From: an uncultured delta proteobacterium
Lineage (GTDB): Bacteria > Myxococcota_A > Polyangia > Palsa-1104
Length of the DNA stretch: 64,000 bases
Reading direction: 5' to 3'
Assembly: GCA_963785725.1 (NCBI GenBank)
Contig: CAWAWS010000027.1
Location: forward strand, 1 to 64,000
The translations under genes were made by a program, and so were the position numbers. Below the pieces are notes generated by a model that was not told the origin of the DNA, ran no database searches, and saw nothing but the letters and a program-made list of their open reading frames with translations. Every line of letters begins with the position of its first letter. The stretch's first letter is position 1. This document shows positions 7,543 to 16,473 of the stretch, in pieces.

Positions 7543-9824
7543 GCGCGATCCTCGGGCGTCGTCGGCGCCTTCGGCTCGCTGGTCAAGGCCGTCGCCGCGG
7601 CCGTCGCGGCTTCGGGCCGCGCCAACATCGCCTCCAGCCGCTCGAGGCCGTCGCCGAGACGGCCCAGCTCGTCGCCGAGGCCGAGCTCGGCGGCGGCGTC
7701 GCTGCGCGCGGCCAAGAGCGCCACTTCGCGGCCGAGCGCGGACAGCTCCGGCGCCAGCGTCGTCACGGCCGCCGCCAACGCCGACGCGCCGTCGCGCAGG
7801 CCGCCGGCGGCGTCGCTGAGCGCTTGACCGGCGGCGACGAGCTGCGCCTCGGCGGCGTGCGCGGCTTCGGTGGCGGCGATTTGACCGCGCGCGTGCGCGT
7901 CTTCGACGAGCGCCACCGCGCGCTCGGCGAGCGCGTCGGCGGCCGCCAGCGAGCGCGCTCCGCCGTCGACGAGCGCGGCGCCCGCGCGTTCGGCGGTCGC
8001 GCTCAGGCTGCTCGTCGTCGTCTCGGCCGCGGCGGCAATCGTCGCCGCGCTGGCCTGCGCCGCTTGCGCGATCGCGGCGCCGGCCGCCGCATTCGCCGCC
8101 GTCAACGCTTCGGCCGCACCGGCCACGGCGCGCGTCAGCTCGGCCAACGCCGCCGCCGAAGACGCGCCGGTCGCGCTCGCGGCCGCGGCGACCGCCTCTT
8201 GCAGCGCCGTCGTCGCGCGGGCGCCGGCTTGCGCCAACGTCTCGGTCGCGCGCGCGCCGGCCGCGGCCATCGCCTCGGCGGCCAGCGCGCCGGCATCGGC
8301 CAGCGTCGCGGTGCCACGCTCGCTCAGCTGCGCCAACGCCGCCGTCGCCGCCGCGCTCGACTCCGCCAGCGTCGCCGCCACCCGCTCGCTCGCCTGCGCC
8401 GACGTCTGCGCGGCCGACGCCGTCGACTCGGCCAACAGCGCCGTCGCCGCCGCGCTCGACTCCGCCAGCGTCGTCGTCGCGCGCGTGCTCGCTTGCGTCA
8501 CCGCCGCCGCCAGCTGCTCGCCCGACGCGACCAGGCTCGCCGTCGCCGCCGCGCTCGCCTGCGCCACCGTCGCCGCCGCGCGCTCGCTCGACTGCGCCAG
8601 CGCCGCCGTCGTCTGCTCGCCCGCTTTCGCCAGCGCCGCCGTCGCCTGCTCGCCCGCTTTCGTCAGCGCTGCCGTCGTTTGCGTGCCGGCGTTCGCCAGC
8701 GCCGCCGTCGTCTGCTCGCCCGCTTTCGCCAGCGCCGCCGTCGTCTGCGTCCCGGCCGTCGCCAGCGCCGTCGTGACGCGCTCGCTCGACTGCGCCAGCG
8801 CCGCCGCCGCCGTCGCGCCCGACTCCGCCAGCGCGCCCGTCGCCTGCGTCAGCGCCGCCGCCGTGCGCGTGCCGACCAGCTCGAGCGCCGCGCCGGCGCG
8901 CGCGCCGACTTCGGTCAACGCCGTCGCCGCCGCCGAGACCGCCGCGCCCGAGCGCTCGGCTTCGGCCACCGTCGCCGCCTGAATCGTCCGCGCCGCGTCC
9001 GCCGTCGCCGTCGCCGCGCCGGCCATCGCCGCGCGCGCGGCTTCGACGAGCCGGTCGACTTCGGCGCGCGCCACCGCCGCCACGCGCGTCGCCGTCGACT
9101 CGCCCGCCGTCGCCAGCGCCGACTGCACGTCGCGGCGCAGCTCGGCCACGTCGCGCGCCAAACGCTCGTCGGCACGCTCGGCCTTCGGCCAAATCGACGG
9201 CACCAACACGTGCGCCGTCACCTCTTCCAGCTGCGCCAAGGCCTGCTCTTCGGCCAAGACCAAGTCGCCTTGCACGAGCGCCAGAGCCAGCGTCACCAAG
9301 ATGCCGACGACGCTGGCGCCGAACGTGACGTCGAGGCCCGCGAGCGGCAGAGCCAGCGCCTGCACCGTCGCCAAGCCGTCGTCGCGCAAGAGCGGCGTCA
9401 CGCCGTGCAGCGTATCCATCAAGCCCGCGAACGTGCCCACGAGCCCGACGAGCACGGTGACGGCCACGAAATAGCGGCCGAGATAGGCCTGACCGCGCTC
9501 TTCGGCGGCGGTGGCGTTGGCGAGCGCGTCCAGATCGGCGGTCGCGCCCGCGTCATGCACGGCCGTGAGCCGGGCGCGCCGCCGCGTGACCCAGTCGCCG
9601 CGCGCCGGCGTGGCCAGAAGGCCGTCGAGCGCCAGGCCCACACGCTGCCGCGCCCGCCATAGGCTGAGCATGCCGGCGACGGCGATGAGGCCGAGCAGCA
9701 GCACCGACAGACAGCCGAGCCACAGCCGATGCGCGCCGTACGCGCCGAGCGCGCGAACGGCGACGACCAAGGCGATGACGGTGATGGCGAGGCCCAGCCC
9801 CCAACGCAGCCGGCTCAACGCCAT
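7539..9824 (-). CDS. MotA/TolQ/ExbB-like membrane protein with long 11-residue-repeat helical tail (ZorA-like architecture)
   Basis: N-terminal TMs; VLVGLVGTFAGL and GLDVTFGASVVGILVTLAL MotA-type helices; ~550-aa Ala-rich tail. Confidence 0.78.
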   Translation of the reverse strand: MALSRLRWGLGLAITVIALVVAVRALGAYGAHRLWLGCLSVLLLGLIAVAGMLSLWRARQRVGLALDGLLATPARGDWVTRRRARLTAVHDAGATADLDALANATAAEERGQAYLGRYFVAVTVLVGLVGTFAGLMDTLHGVTPLLRDDGLATVQALALPLAGLDVTFGASVVGILVTLALALVQGDLVLAEEQALAQLEEVTAHVLVPSIWPKAERADERLARDVAELRRDVQSALATAGESTATRVAAVARAEVDRLVEAARAAMAGAATATADAARTIQAATVAEAERSGAAVSAAATALTEVGARAGAALELVGTRTAAALTQATGALAESGATAAAALAQSSERVTTALATAGTQTTAALAKAGEQTTAALANAGTQTTAALTKAGEQATAALAKAGEQTTAALAQSSERAAATVAQASAAATASLVASGEQLAAAVTQASTRATTTLAESSAAATALLAESTASAAQTSAQASERVAATLAESSAAATAALAQLSERGTATLADAGALAAEAMAAAGARATETLAQAGARATTALQEAVAAAASATGASSAAALAELTRAVAGAAEALTAANAAAGAAIAQAAQASAATIAAAAETTTSSLSATAERAGAALVDGGARSLAAADALAERAVALVEDAHARGQIAATEAAHAAEAQLVAAGQALSDAAGGLRDGASALAAAVTTLAPELSALGREVALLAARSDAAAELGLGDELGRLGDGLERLEAMLARPEAATAAATALTSEPKAPTTPEDRA
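8170..8870 (-). repeat. 33-bp (11-aa) coding tandem repeats in the helical tail
   Basis: Units such as KAGEQTTAALA, NAGTQTTAALT, QSSERVTTALA, ESSAAATAALA; about 20 degenerate copies; boundaries approximate. Confidence 0.8.
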
Positions 9825-10348
9825 CGACGCGCTGCCTCCGCCAAGGCCGCTGCCACGTCGAGGAATGGGCGTCCGTCGATCAATAGATCGGGCGTGACCG
9901 AGCGTAGCCGCAAGCGCACCAGCGACGCAAAACGCCGCTCGACGAGCGCCACCAAGCCGACGGCGGCGTCGATGGCCAAGCGCGCCTCGACGCCGGCCGC
10001 GCGTTCGCTCGGATCGTCGGCGGAGGCGAGCGCGTCGGCCGCCAGCGCCAACGACGCCGTCTCGCCGCGCAATTCGTCATCGAGGATCGCGAACGCGTCG
10101 ACCTGATCCCACGCCGTCTGCGCCAAGTGCAGCGCCGCCGGCACGGCCTCGTCGACGCGCTGCGCCAACGCGGCCAACAAAGACGCCGTGCGCGCGCGCA
10201 ACACCGGCAGCGCCAACGGCAGCGACGGCGAGGCCGCCGCCGGCTGTACCACCGGACGAACGGCCGCGCGCGGCAAGCTGAGCTCGAGGTGCTCGCCGGG
10301 CAAGGTGCGAATCTGCGCGACGAGCGTATCCAACGCCAGGTACGACAT
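9815..10348 (-). CDS. hypothetical helical protein, first gene of the MotA/MotB-like operon
   Basis: 177-aa ORF overlapping the MotA-like start by 10 nt; alternative start 10366. Confidence 0.65.
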   Translation of the reverse strand: MSYLALDTLVAQIRTLPGEHLELSLPRAAVRPVVQPAAASPSLPLALPVLRARTASLLAALAQRVDEAVPAALHLAQTAWDQVDAFAILDDELRGETASLALAADALASADDPSERAAGVEARLAIDAAVGLVALVERRFASLVRLRLRSVTPDLLIDGRPFLDVAAALAEAARRWR

Positions 10349-10514
10349 GCGGCGCTCATACTGCACGACGACCCGGAGCAGTCAACGCCATCTTCGCGTC
10401 TGACAACGCGTGTGCACAGCAGCGTTTGCAGCGAGGCGCGTACACCCGGCGCAGATCTGCGTTCGCTTACAGATCTCACACAGTTGCGAGCCCTGAAAGC
10501 GGTCCCGTCATTGC

Positions 10515-11897
10515 TTGCTTGCAACGCTCGTGCGCACATCCATCCTGATCGCGTTTCTCGTCGCTGGTTGCGGAGAAGCGGGTGTCTCGTCCACGGGACA
10601 GAACGAGGGCTCGACCAGCGCCGCGTTGGGCGAGCAACAGAACGGCTTTCCCAACGCGTGGGAGCGGGCGACGTTCATGGCCGCCAACCGCGCGCGCTCC
10701 GATCCATCGACGGTGAAAGGCGCGTCGTCGATGATCTATCCGGCGCAGCCGCCGCTCGGGCTCAACTACGATCTCGAGCGCTCGTCGCGCTTCCATTCGA
10801 CGACGCTGGAGACGGGCATGGCGCCGCTCATGCACGAGTCGCCGTGCATCCTCAACAGCAACGTCGGCACGTCGGGCTGCGACGGCACGCCGAGCTGCGC
10901 CTGCACGACGGGCATGACCTGTAATTCCTGTGGCACCTGCGCCGCCGGCACCGAGCCCTTCGATCGCATCAAGCTGTTCTACACGGCCGGCGGCAACGGC
11001 GAGGTCGCCGCCGCCGGTTACGGCGATCCGTGGAGCGTCATGGACGGCTGGGTCGACGAAGCGGCCGGCGCCGACGGCCATCGCGCCATCATCGACGGCG
11101 CCGGGTTCACGACCGCCGGCTTCGGCCACGCCGGCGGCACGCAAGGCGCCTGCTGGAGCACCTTCGACGTCGGCGACTTCTCGGGCGCCAAGCCGACGCT
11201 CGCCAACATCGCCAGCGCGTCGGCCAAGCCCTACGTCGGCAGCGCCGGCACGTTCCGCGTCTACGCCACGTGGCAGGATGCCGGCGGCGCGCCCAAGGAT
11301 CTGAGCGCGGTGGTCGACGGCAACTGCAGCGCGATGACGAAGGAGCTCGGCAGCGACACGCTCAACGCCACCTATTATGCCGACGTGCCGCTCACCAACG
11401 GCTGCCACGCCGTGTTCATCTCGGGGCACACGAGCGGCGGCGTCGCGGCGCTCTATCCGACGACGAAGGCGTTCACCATCAACGTCGGCAGCGCCGCCAA
11501 TTGCGCCGACGAAGTGGCGCAGCCGGCTTCGACCTGCGCGGGCACCGTCGGCACGGGCGGCAGCGACGGCGGTGCCGGCGGCGGCGGCAGCGCCGGCGGC
11601 GGCTCGGGCAGCGCCGGCGGCTCAGGCTCGGCCGGTGGAAGCGGCGCGGCGGGCGGTTCAGGCTCGGCCGGTGGGACTGGCTCGGCGGGCGGCACAGGCA
11701 CGGCGGGCGGCTCAGGCGAGGCGGGCGGCTCCGGCTCGGCCGGCGGCTCCGGCTCGGCCGGCGGCAGCGGCGGCTCGCATGGCGGCTGCTCGGTCAGCGG
11801 CGACAGCGGCCCGTCGGAGGTGGCGTTCGGCCTGTTCGCGCTCGCCGCCTTGCTCTTCGGCCGCGCGACGTCGCTCAGGAAGTGTGGTCGACCGTAA
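10515..11897 (+). CDS. CAP/SCP-domain lipoprotein with Cys-rich insert and MYXO-CTERM-like tail
   Basis: Lipobox LVAGC; LERSSRFHS, GEVAAAG, GWVD...GHRAII CAP motifs; Gly/Ser linker; GGCSVS + TM + basic end; start may be GTG 10530. Confidence 0.75.
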   Translation: MLATLVRTSILIAFLVAGCGEAGVSSTGQNEGSTSAALGEQQNGFPNAWERATFMAANRARSDPSTVKGASSMIYPAQPPLGLNYDLERSSRFHSTTLETGMAPLMHESPCILNSNVGTSGCDGTPSCACTTGMTCNSCGTCAAGTEPFDRIKLFYTAGGNGEVAAAGYGDPWSVMDGWVDEAAGADGHRAIIDGAGFTTAGFGHAGGTQGACWSTFDVGDFSGAKPTLANIASASAKPYVGSAGTFRVYATWQDAGGAPKDLSAVVDGNCSAMTKELGSDTLNATYYADVPLTNGCHAVFISGHTSGGVAALYPTTKAFTINVGSAANCADEVAQPASTCAGTVGTGGSDGGAGGGGSAGGGSGSAGGSGSAGGSGAAGGSGSAGGTGSAGGTGTAGGSGEAGGSGSAGGSGSAGGSGGSHGGCSVSGDSGPSEVAFGLFALAALLFGRATSLRKCGRP

Positions 11898-12309
11898 TTC
11901 GCCAGCCGGCGGCGCTCTTGTGTAGCGTCAACGTGAAGTAGCCGCCGGCATTGCCACCCGCCTCTTTGGCGCGCTCCAAGCTCCAATGGCCGATGGCGAC
12001 GGCATAGTCGCTGCTCAACACCCGCACCTCGAGCTCGCTGAACTTGACGATGCCCATGCGCGCGGCGTCGGGATGGCCCTTGCGATACATGGCGGCGATG
12101 GCGTCCCAGCCGTGATGGATCTGTGTGGCGCCGACGAACTCGGTGGTGGCGGCGCGCTCGTAGCCGGACAAGTAGCCGTCGAGGTCGCCGCGATTCCAGG
12201 CCGCGGCCTCACGCGCGAGCTCGGCGCGCACGGCGTCGGCTTCGTCGGCGCGAGCGAAAGGGGTCGTCAGGAGTGACAGAACGAGCGCGGCCCAGCCCAG
12301 CTTTCCCAT
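11875..12309 (-). CDS. secreted NTF2/SnoaL-like (DUF4440/YybH) protein
   Basis: AAAWNRGDLDGYLSGY...GYFTLTL...GWRITVDHTS; signal peptide. Confidence 0.85.
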   Translation of the reverse strand: MGKLGWAALVLSLLTTPFARADEADAVRAELAREAAAWNRGDLDGYLSGYERAATTEFVGATQIHHGWDAIAAMYRKGHPDAARMGIVKFSELEVRVLSSDYAVAIGHWSLERAKEAGGNAGGYFTLTLHKSAAGWRITVDHTS

Positions 12310-12330
12310 GGGCCGAACAGTAACGCGGCT

Positions 12331-13330
12331 TCAGACCTTGAGGAGCAGCTTGCCGAAGTTCTCGCCTGCGAAGAGCTTGCCGAGCGCGCTCGGGAAGTCG
12401 CCGAAGCCGTCGATGACGTCCTCGCGCGCCTTCAACTTGCCGCTCGCGAGCCAGCCGGCGATGTCGCGCACCGACTCGCCGATGCGCGGAATGTAGTCGC
12501 TGACGAGGAAGCCTTCCATGCGCGCGCGATTGATGAGCAGCGACAAATAATTCTTGAGGACGGGCGGACCGTCGGTGTTGTTGTACTGCGAGATGGCGCC
12601 GCAGATGATGACGCGCGCGTGCAGCCTGAGCTGCGCCAGCGCGCTCTCGAGGATCTCGCCGCCGACGTTGTCGAAGTAGATGTCGATGCCTTCGGGGCAG
12701 TGCTGCTTGAGCGCCTTGTAGACGTTCTCGGCTTTGTAGTCGATGGCGGCGTCGAAGCCGAGCTCGTCGACGAGATAGCGGCATTTCTGCGGCCCGCCGG
12801 CGATGCCGACGACGTGACAGCCTTTGATCTTGGCGATCTGTCCCGACGATCGTGCCGGTGGCGCCGGCGGCGCCCGAGACGACGACGGTCTCGCCCGCTT
12901 GCGGCTCGCCCACGTCGAGGAGGCCGAAGTAGGCGGTGGCGCCGGTCATGCCGAGCGCGCCCAGCCAACGCGTCAGCGGCGCCAGCTTCGTGTCCACTTT
13001 CGCCACATGCTTGGCGTTCATGAGCGCATACGACTGCACGCCGGTCAGGCCGGTCACGAAGTCACCGACGGCGAGCGCCGGATCGTTCGACGCCGCGATG
13101 CGACCGCCGCCGAACGCGCGCATGACGTCGTTGAGCTTCACCGGCGCCACGTACGACTTCTGATCGTTCATCCAGCCGCGCATCGCCGGATCGAGCGACA
13201 GATATTGCACTTCGACGAGCACCTGGCCCGGCTCGGGCTGCGCGACGGGCGTGGTCGCGAGCTCGAAGTCGCTGCGCGTGACCGCGCCCACGGGCCGCGC
13301 GATGAGCTTCCACTGCCGATTCTCGGTCAT
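12331..13330 (-). pseudogene. NADP-dependent oxidoreductase (CurA/YncB, prostaglandin reductase-like) with a +1 frameshift; may be a sequencing error
   Basis: MTENRQWKL...YLSLDPAMRGWM...VSGAAGATG; removing one G at 12842-12844 restores VGQIAKIKGCHVVGIAGG...YFDNVGG...ENFGKLLLKV; span 1000 nt = 3n+1. Confidence 0.85.
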
Positions 13331-13986
13331 GGCGTCTCCTGCTGCAATTCTACGGGTTCGATGACGGCGCCGGCGCGGACGAGCAGCGCGCGGTACCAGT
13401 CGACGGTGCGTTGCGTGCGATCGCCGAGCGCGCGGGCGCCCCACACGATCGACAAGGTGCGGCGCGTGGTCGGGCCCGTCTTCGTGCGCTGCGCGTCTTT
13501 GACGGCGTTGGCGCACGGTCCGACGATGTCGCAGAGGCAAGGCAGGCCGGCGAGCTCGATCTCGTGGCCGCTCGGGTTGAAGATGTACTTCTCGCCGGCG
13601 CCCGCGACGGTGATGCGCAGCGGCTCGGCCACGCGGCCCAAGTCGACGACGCTGATCGGTAGACCGGCGTGCAAGGAGACGGCGTTGCAGGCGTCGACGG
13701 CGAGGTTGATCGACATAAGCGCGCGCTCGCTGGCCGCGCGGATCAGGTACTCCGACGCCGGCTTGCCGCGGCCGGTCGGCTTGTAGCCGCGGGCGCGCAG
13801 GACGTCGCGGACGGCGGCGCGCACAGCGTCGTCCGCCGCCAGCGGCGCTTCCGCCGTCGGCGACAGGAGCGCGCGCAGCCAATCGGGCGACGGCAGCTGC
13901 GCCAGCGGCGACGGCAGCTCGCTCACGAACGCGCCCACGTCCAGGAGGGAATGAGACGACACGGAGAGCCGCACGCGCGGCAGCAT
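13327..13986 (-). CDS. stand-alone B3/B4 (PheT editing-like) domain protein
   Basis: GYKPTGRGKPASEYL, SINLAVDACNAVSL, PCANAVKDAQRTK. Confidence 0.85.
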   Translation of the reverse strand: MLPRVRLSVSSHSLLDVGAFVSELPSPLAQLPSPDWLRALLSPTAEAPLAADDAVRAAVRDVLRARGYKPTGRGKPASEYLIRAASERALMSINLAVDACNAVSLHAGLPISVVDLGRVAEPLRITVAGAGEKYIFNPSGHEIELAGLPCLCDIVGPCANAVKDAQRTKTGPTTRRTLSIVWGARALGDRTQRTVDWYRALLVRAGAVIEPVELQQETP

Positions 13987-14018
13987 AGCCGGCTCGCGCC
14001 GCCGGCGCCATGGCGGAA

Positions 14019-14088
14019 GCCGCGCCGCGCGCCACCGTCGCCACCGATGCCGCGCCGCGCGCCACCGTCGCCACCGATGCCGCGCCGC
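14019..14088. repeat. 30-bp tandem repeat x2.3 in divergent intergenic region
   Basis: GCCGCGCCGCGCGCCACCGTCGCCACCGAT twice, plus a partial copy. Confidence 0.85.
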
Positions 14089-14145
14089 CGACGGCAGCGC
14101 ATCGCCGGTGTACGCGCGGCCGCCGAGCCGCTATCCTCGACGGCG

Positions 14146-16453
14146 ATGCTGCGGGATCGCGCGCGAGGTCCGGTCCTGTTGGCGCTGGTCGTCGCGCTCC
14201 TCCTGTTTCCGCTCGTGCTCGGCCAGTCGTTCTGGCTGCGCGACATGCTCGTGTTCGCCTACCCGCTGAAGGCCTATCTGCGCCAGCGGCTCCTGCACGG
14301 CGAGTTGGCGCTGTGGAATCCGCGGCTCGGCTTGGGACGGCCGTTCCTCGGCGTCGTGCAGCCGGGCGTGCTCTATCCGCTCAACGTCGTGCTGCTCTTG
14401 CCTTATCCGCGCGGCGTCGACGCCTTCTTCGCGCTGCACGCGTTCGTGGCGGCGTTCGGCGCGCGGGCCTGGTGCAGAGCGCGCGGCGACGGCGAAACGG
14501 CGGCCACGTTCGGCGGCGCGCTCTTCGCGCTGTCGGGCTACTACGTGTCGCAGCTGGTCGGCAACGGCAGCTTCGCCGTCGGCGCGGCGTGGATTCCCTG
14601 GGCGCTGGCGGCGCACGCGCGGGCGATCGCCGGCACGCTCTCGTCGCGTCGCGCCATCGCGGCCGTGGCCGGCTGTCTCGGGCTCATGGTGTTGGGCGGC
14701 GATCCGCAAGCGGCCTGGTTCGCCGGCGTGCTCTTGACGACGCAAGCGCTCGGCGCCGGCGCTCGACGTCCGCTGGGTCGCGGCCTCGTCGTCGTCGCCG
14801 CGGCCGCGCTCTTGGCCGCCGCTTTGGCCGCCGCGCAGCTCTTGCCGGCGCTGGAGGTTGCGGCGGTCGGTCGTCCCGGTGGCGTGCCGCTGGCCGACGC
14901 GTCGCACTGGTCGTTTCCGCCGATTCGGCTGGTCGAGCTCGTGTGGCCGGCGGCGTTCGGGCCTTATTACGCCGAAAACTGGCCCATCCACGCGCTGTAC
15001 GACGAAGGCACCGGCGTCGCCTACGAGCCGTGGTCGGCCGGCATCTATCTCGGCTTGGCGACGCCGCTGTTGGCCTTGGCGGCGCTGGCGCGACGTCGAC
15101 CCCGCGCCGCCGAGGTCGCGCTCGCCGTTGCCGCGCTGACGCTGCTCGTCGTCGCCATGGGTGCGCACGCGCCCTTGTTCGCGCTCTTTTTCGACTGGGT
15201 GCCGGGCGTCCGGCAGTTTCGCTATCCCGAGAAGTACCTGCTGCCGGTGACGCTCTGCCTGACGACGCTGGCCGCGCGCGGGCTCGACGTCGTGACGGCT
15301 GAGCCGCGGCGCCTCCTCATCGTCGCCGTCGTCGTGTGGGCGGCGTTGGCCGTGGCCGCGATGGCGTCGGTGCACCTCGGCGGCGAATGGGTCGCGCGCT
15401 GGCTCGGCCGACTGCCGCCCGAGCGCGTGCACGACGCCGGCGTGTGGCTGGCGCAGCGCGCGCACCGCTCGATCTTCGTGGCGACGCTGCTGACGCTGGC
15501 GCTGCTGGTGGCGCGGGCGCGCCGGGCGCTGCCGCGGACGCTGGCGCTCGTCGTCGCGGTGGTGACCGTCGCCGACGTCGGCATCGAGAGCGCGCAGCTG
15601 TGTGACTTCGCGCCGTCGTCGCTGTATGTCGAGACGCCGCCGCCCATCGTCGCTGCGCGGGAACGAGCGGGCGCCGGCAACTTCCGGCTCTATCGGCCGA
15701 GCCAGCTGATCTTCGACGCGCCCGGCGTGCCGGCGCGGGCGCTGTTGCGCGCGACGCTGCGGCCGGACTGCGGTCTCGAAGACGACGTCACGCAGATCGA
15801 GGCCTACGACAACTTTCCACTCGCCCACATGACCGCCTTGTGGACGGCGCTCCAAGGTCGACCGCTGCAGCTGCTGCAAATGACGGCGACGCGGTTCGCG
15901 CTCTTGCCGTCGTCGCTGTTTCGCCCGCAGCCGAGCTTGACGTTGGTGCGGCAATGGCCGGCGCTGCAGGCGCTCTTGGCCGAGGTCACGCCGCCGCCGC
16001 CGCGCGCCTACCTCGCCGCCGACGCCCGCGTCGCCGCCGATGAGGCGGCCGCGCAGGTGTTGGCGGCGCGCGACTTTCAGCCCGGCCGCAGCGTCGTCCT
16101 CGCGCCCGGCGACGGCGCGCAGACCGTCGCGCAGGCCGCGGGCGACTGCCGCATCGTTACCGACGCGCCCGAGCGCATCGTCATTCACTGCCAGAGCGAT
16201 CGCCCGAGCTTCGCCGTCCTCGCCGACAGCTGGTTCCCCGGTTGGTCGGCGCGCGTCGACGGCCACGCCGCGCCCATCGTGCGCGCCAACTTGGCCATGC
16301 GCGCCGTGCCGCTGCCAGCCGGGCGAGCACGACGTCGCCTTCGTCTACCGCCCGGCGCACCTCGGGCTCGGCCTCTTCATCAGCGCCGTCGCCTGCCTAG
16401 CGTTGCTGGCGCTGGTTTGGCGTCGCCGGCCGCCCAAGATCGCGCTCGGCTAG
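14146..16453 (+). CDS. YfhO family (GT-C-like) multi-pass membrane protein; +1 frameshift near the C-terminus
   Basis: LWNPRLGLGRPF, LYPLN, FRYPEKY, ADSWFPGWSARVDG; removing one G at 16321-16323 restores AGEHDVAFVYRP plus the final TM. Confidence 0.82.
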
Positions 16454-16473
16454 AGCGGCGCCGATCGCCACGA

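Noticed and set aside
6916..9824. Flagellar stator motAB
   Set aside because: The long repeat tail, the lack of flagellar or chemotaxis genes and the two coupled unknown ORFs do not fit a canonical stator.
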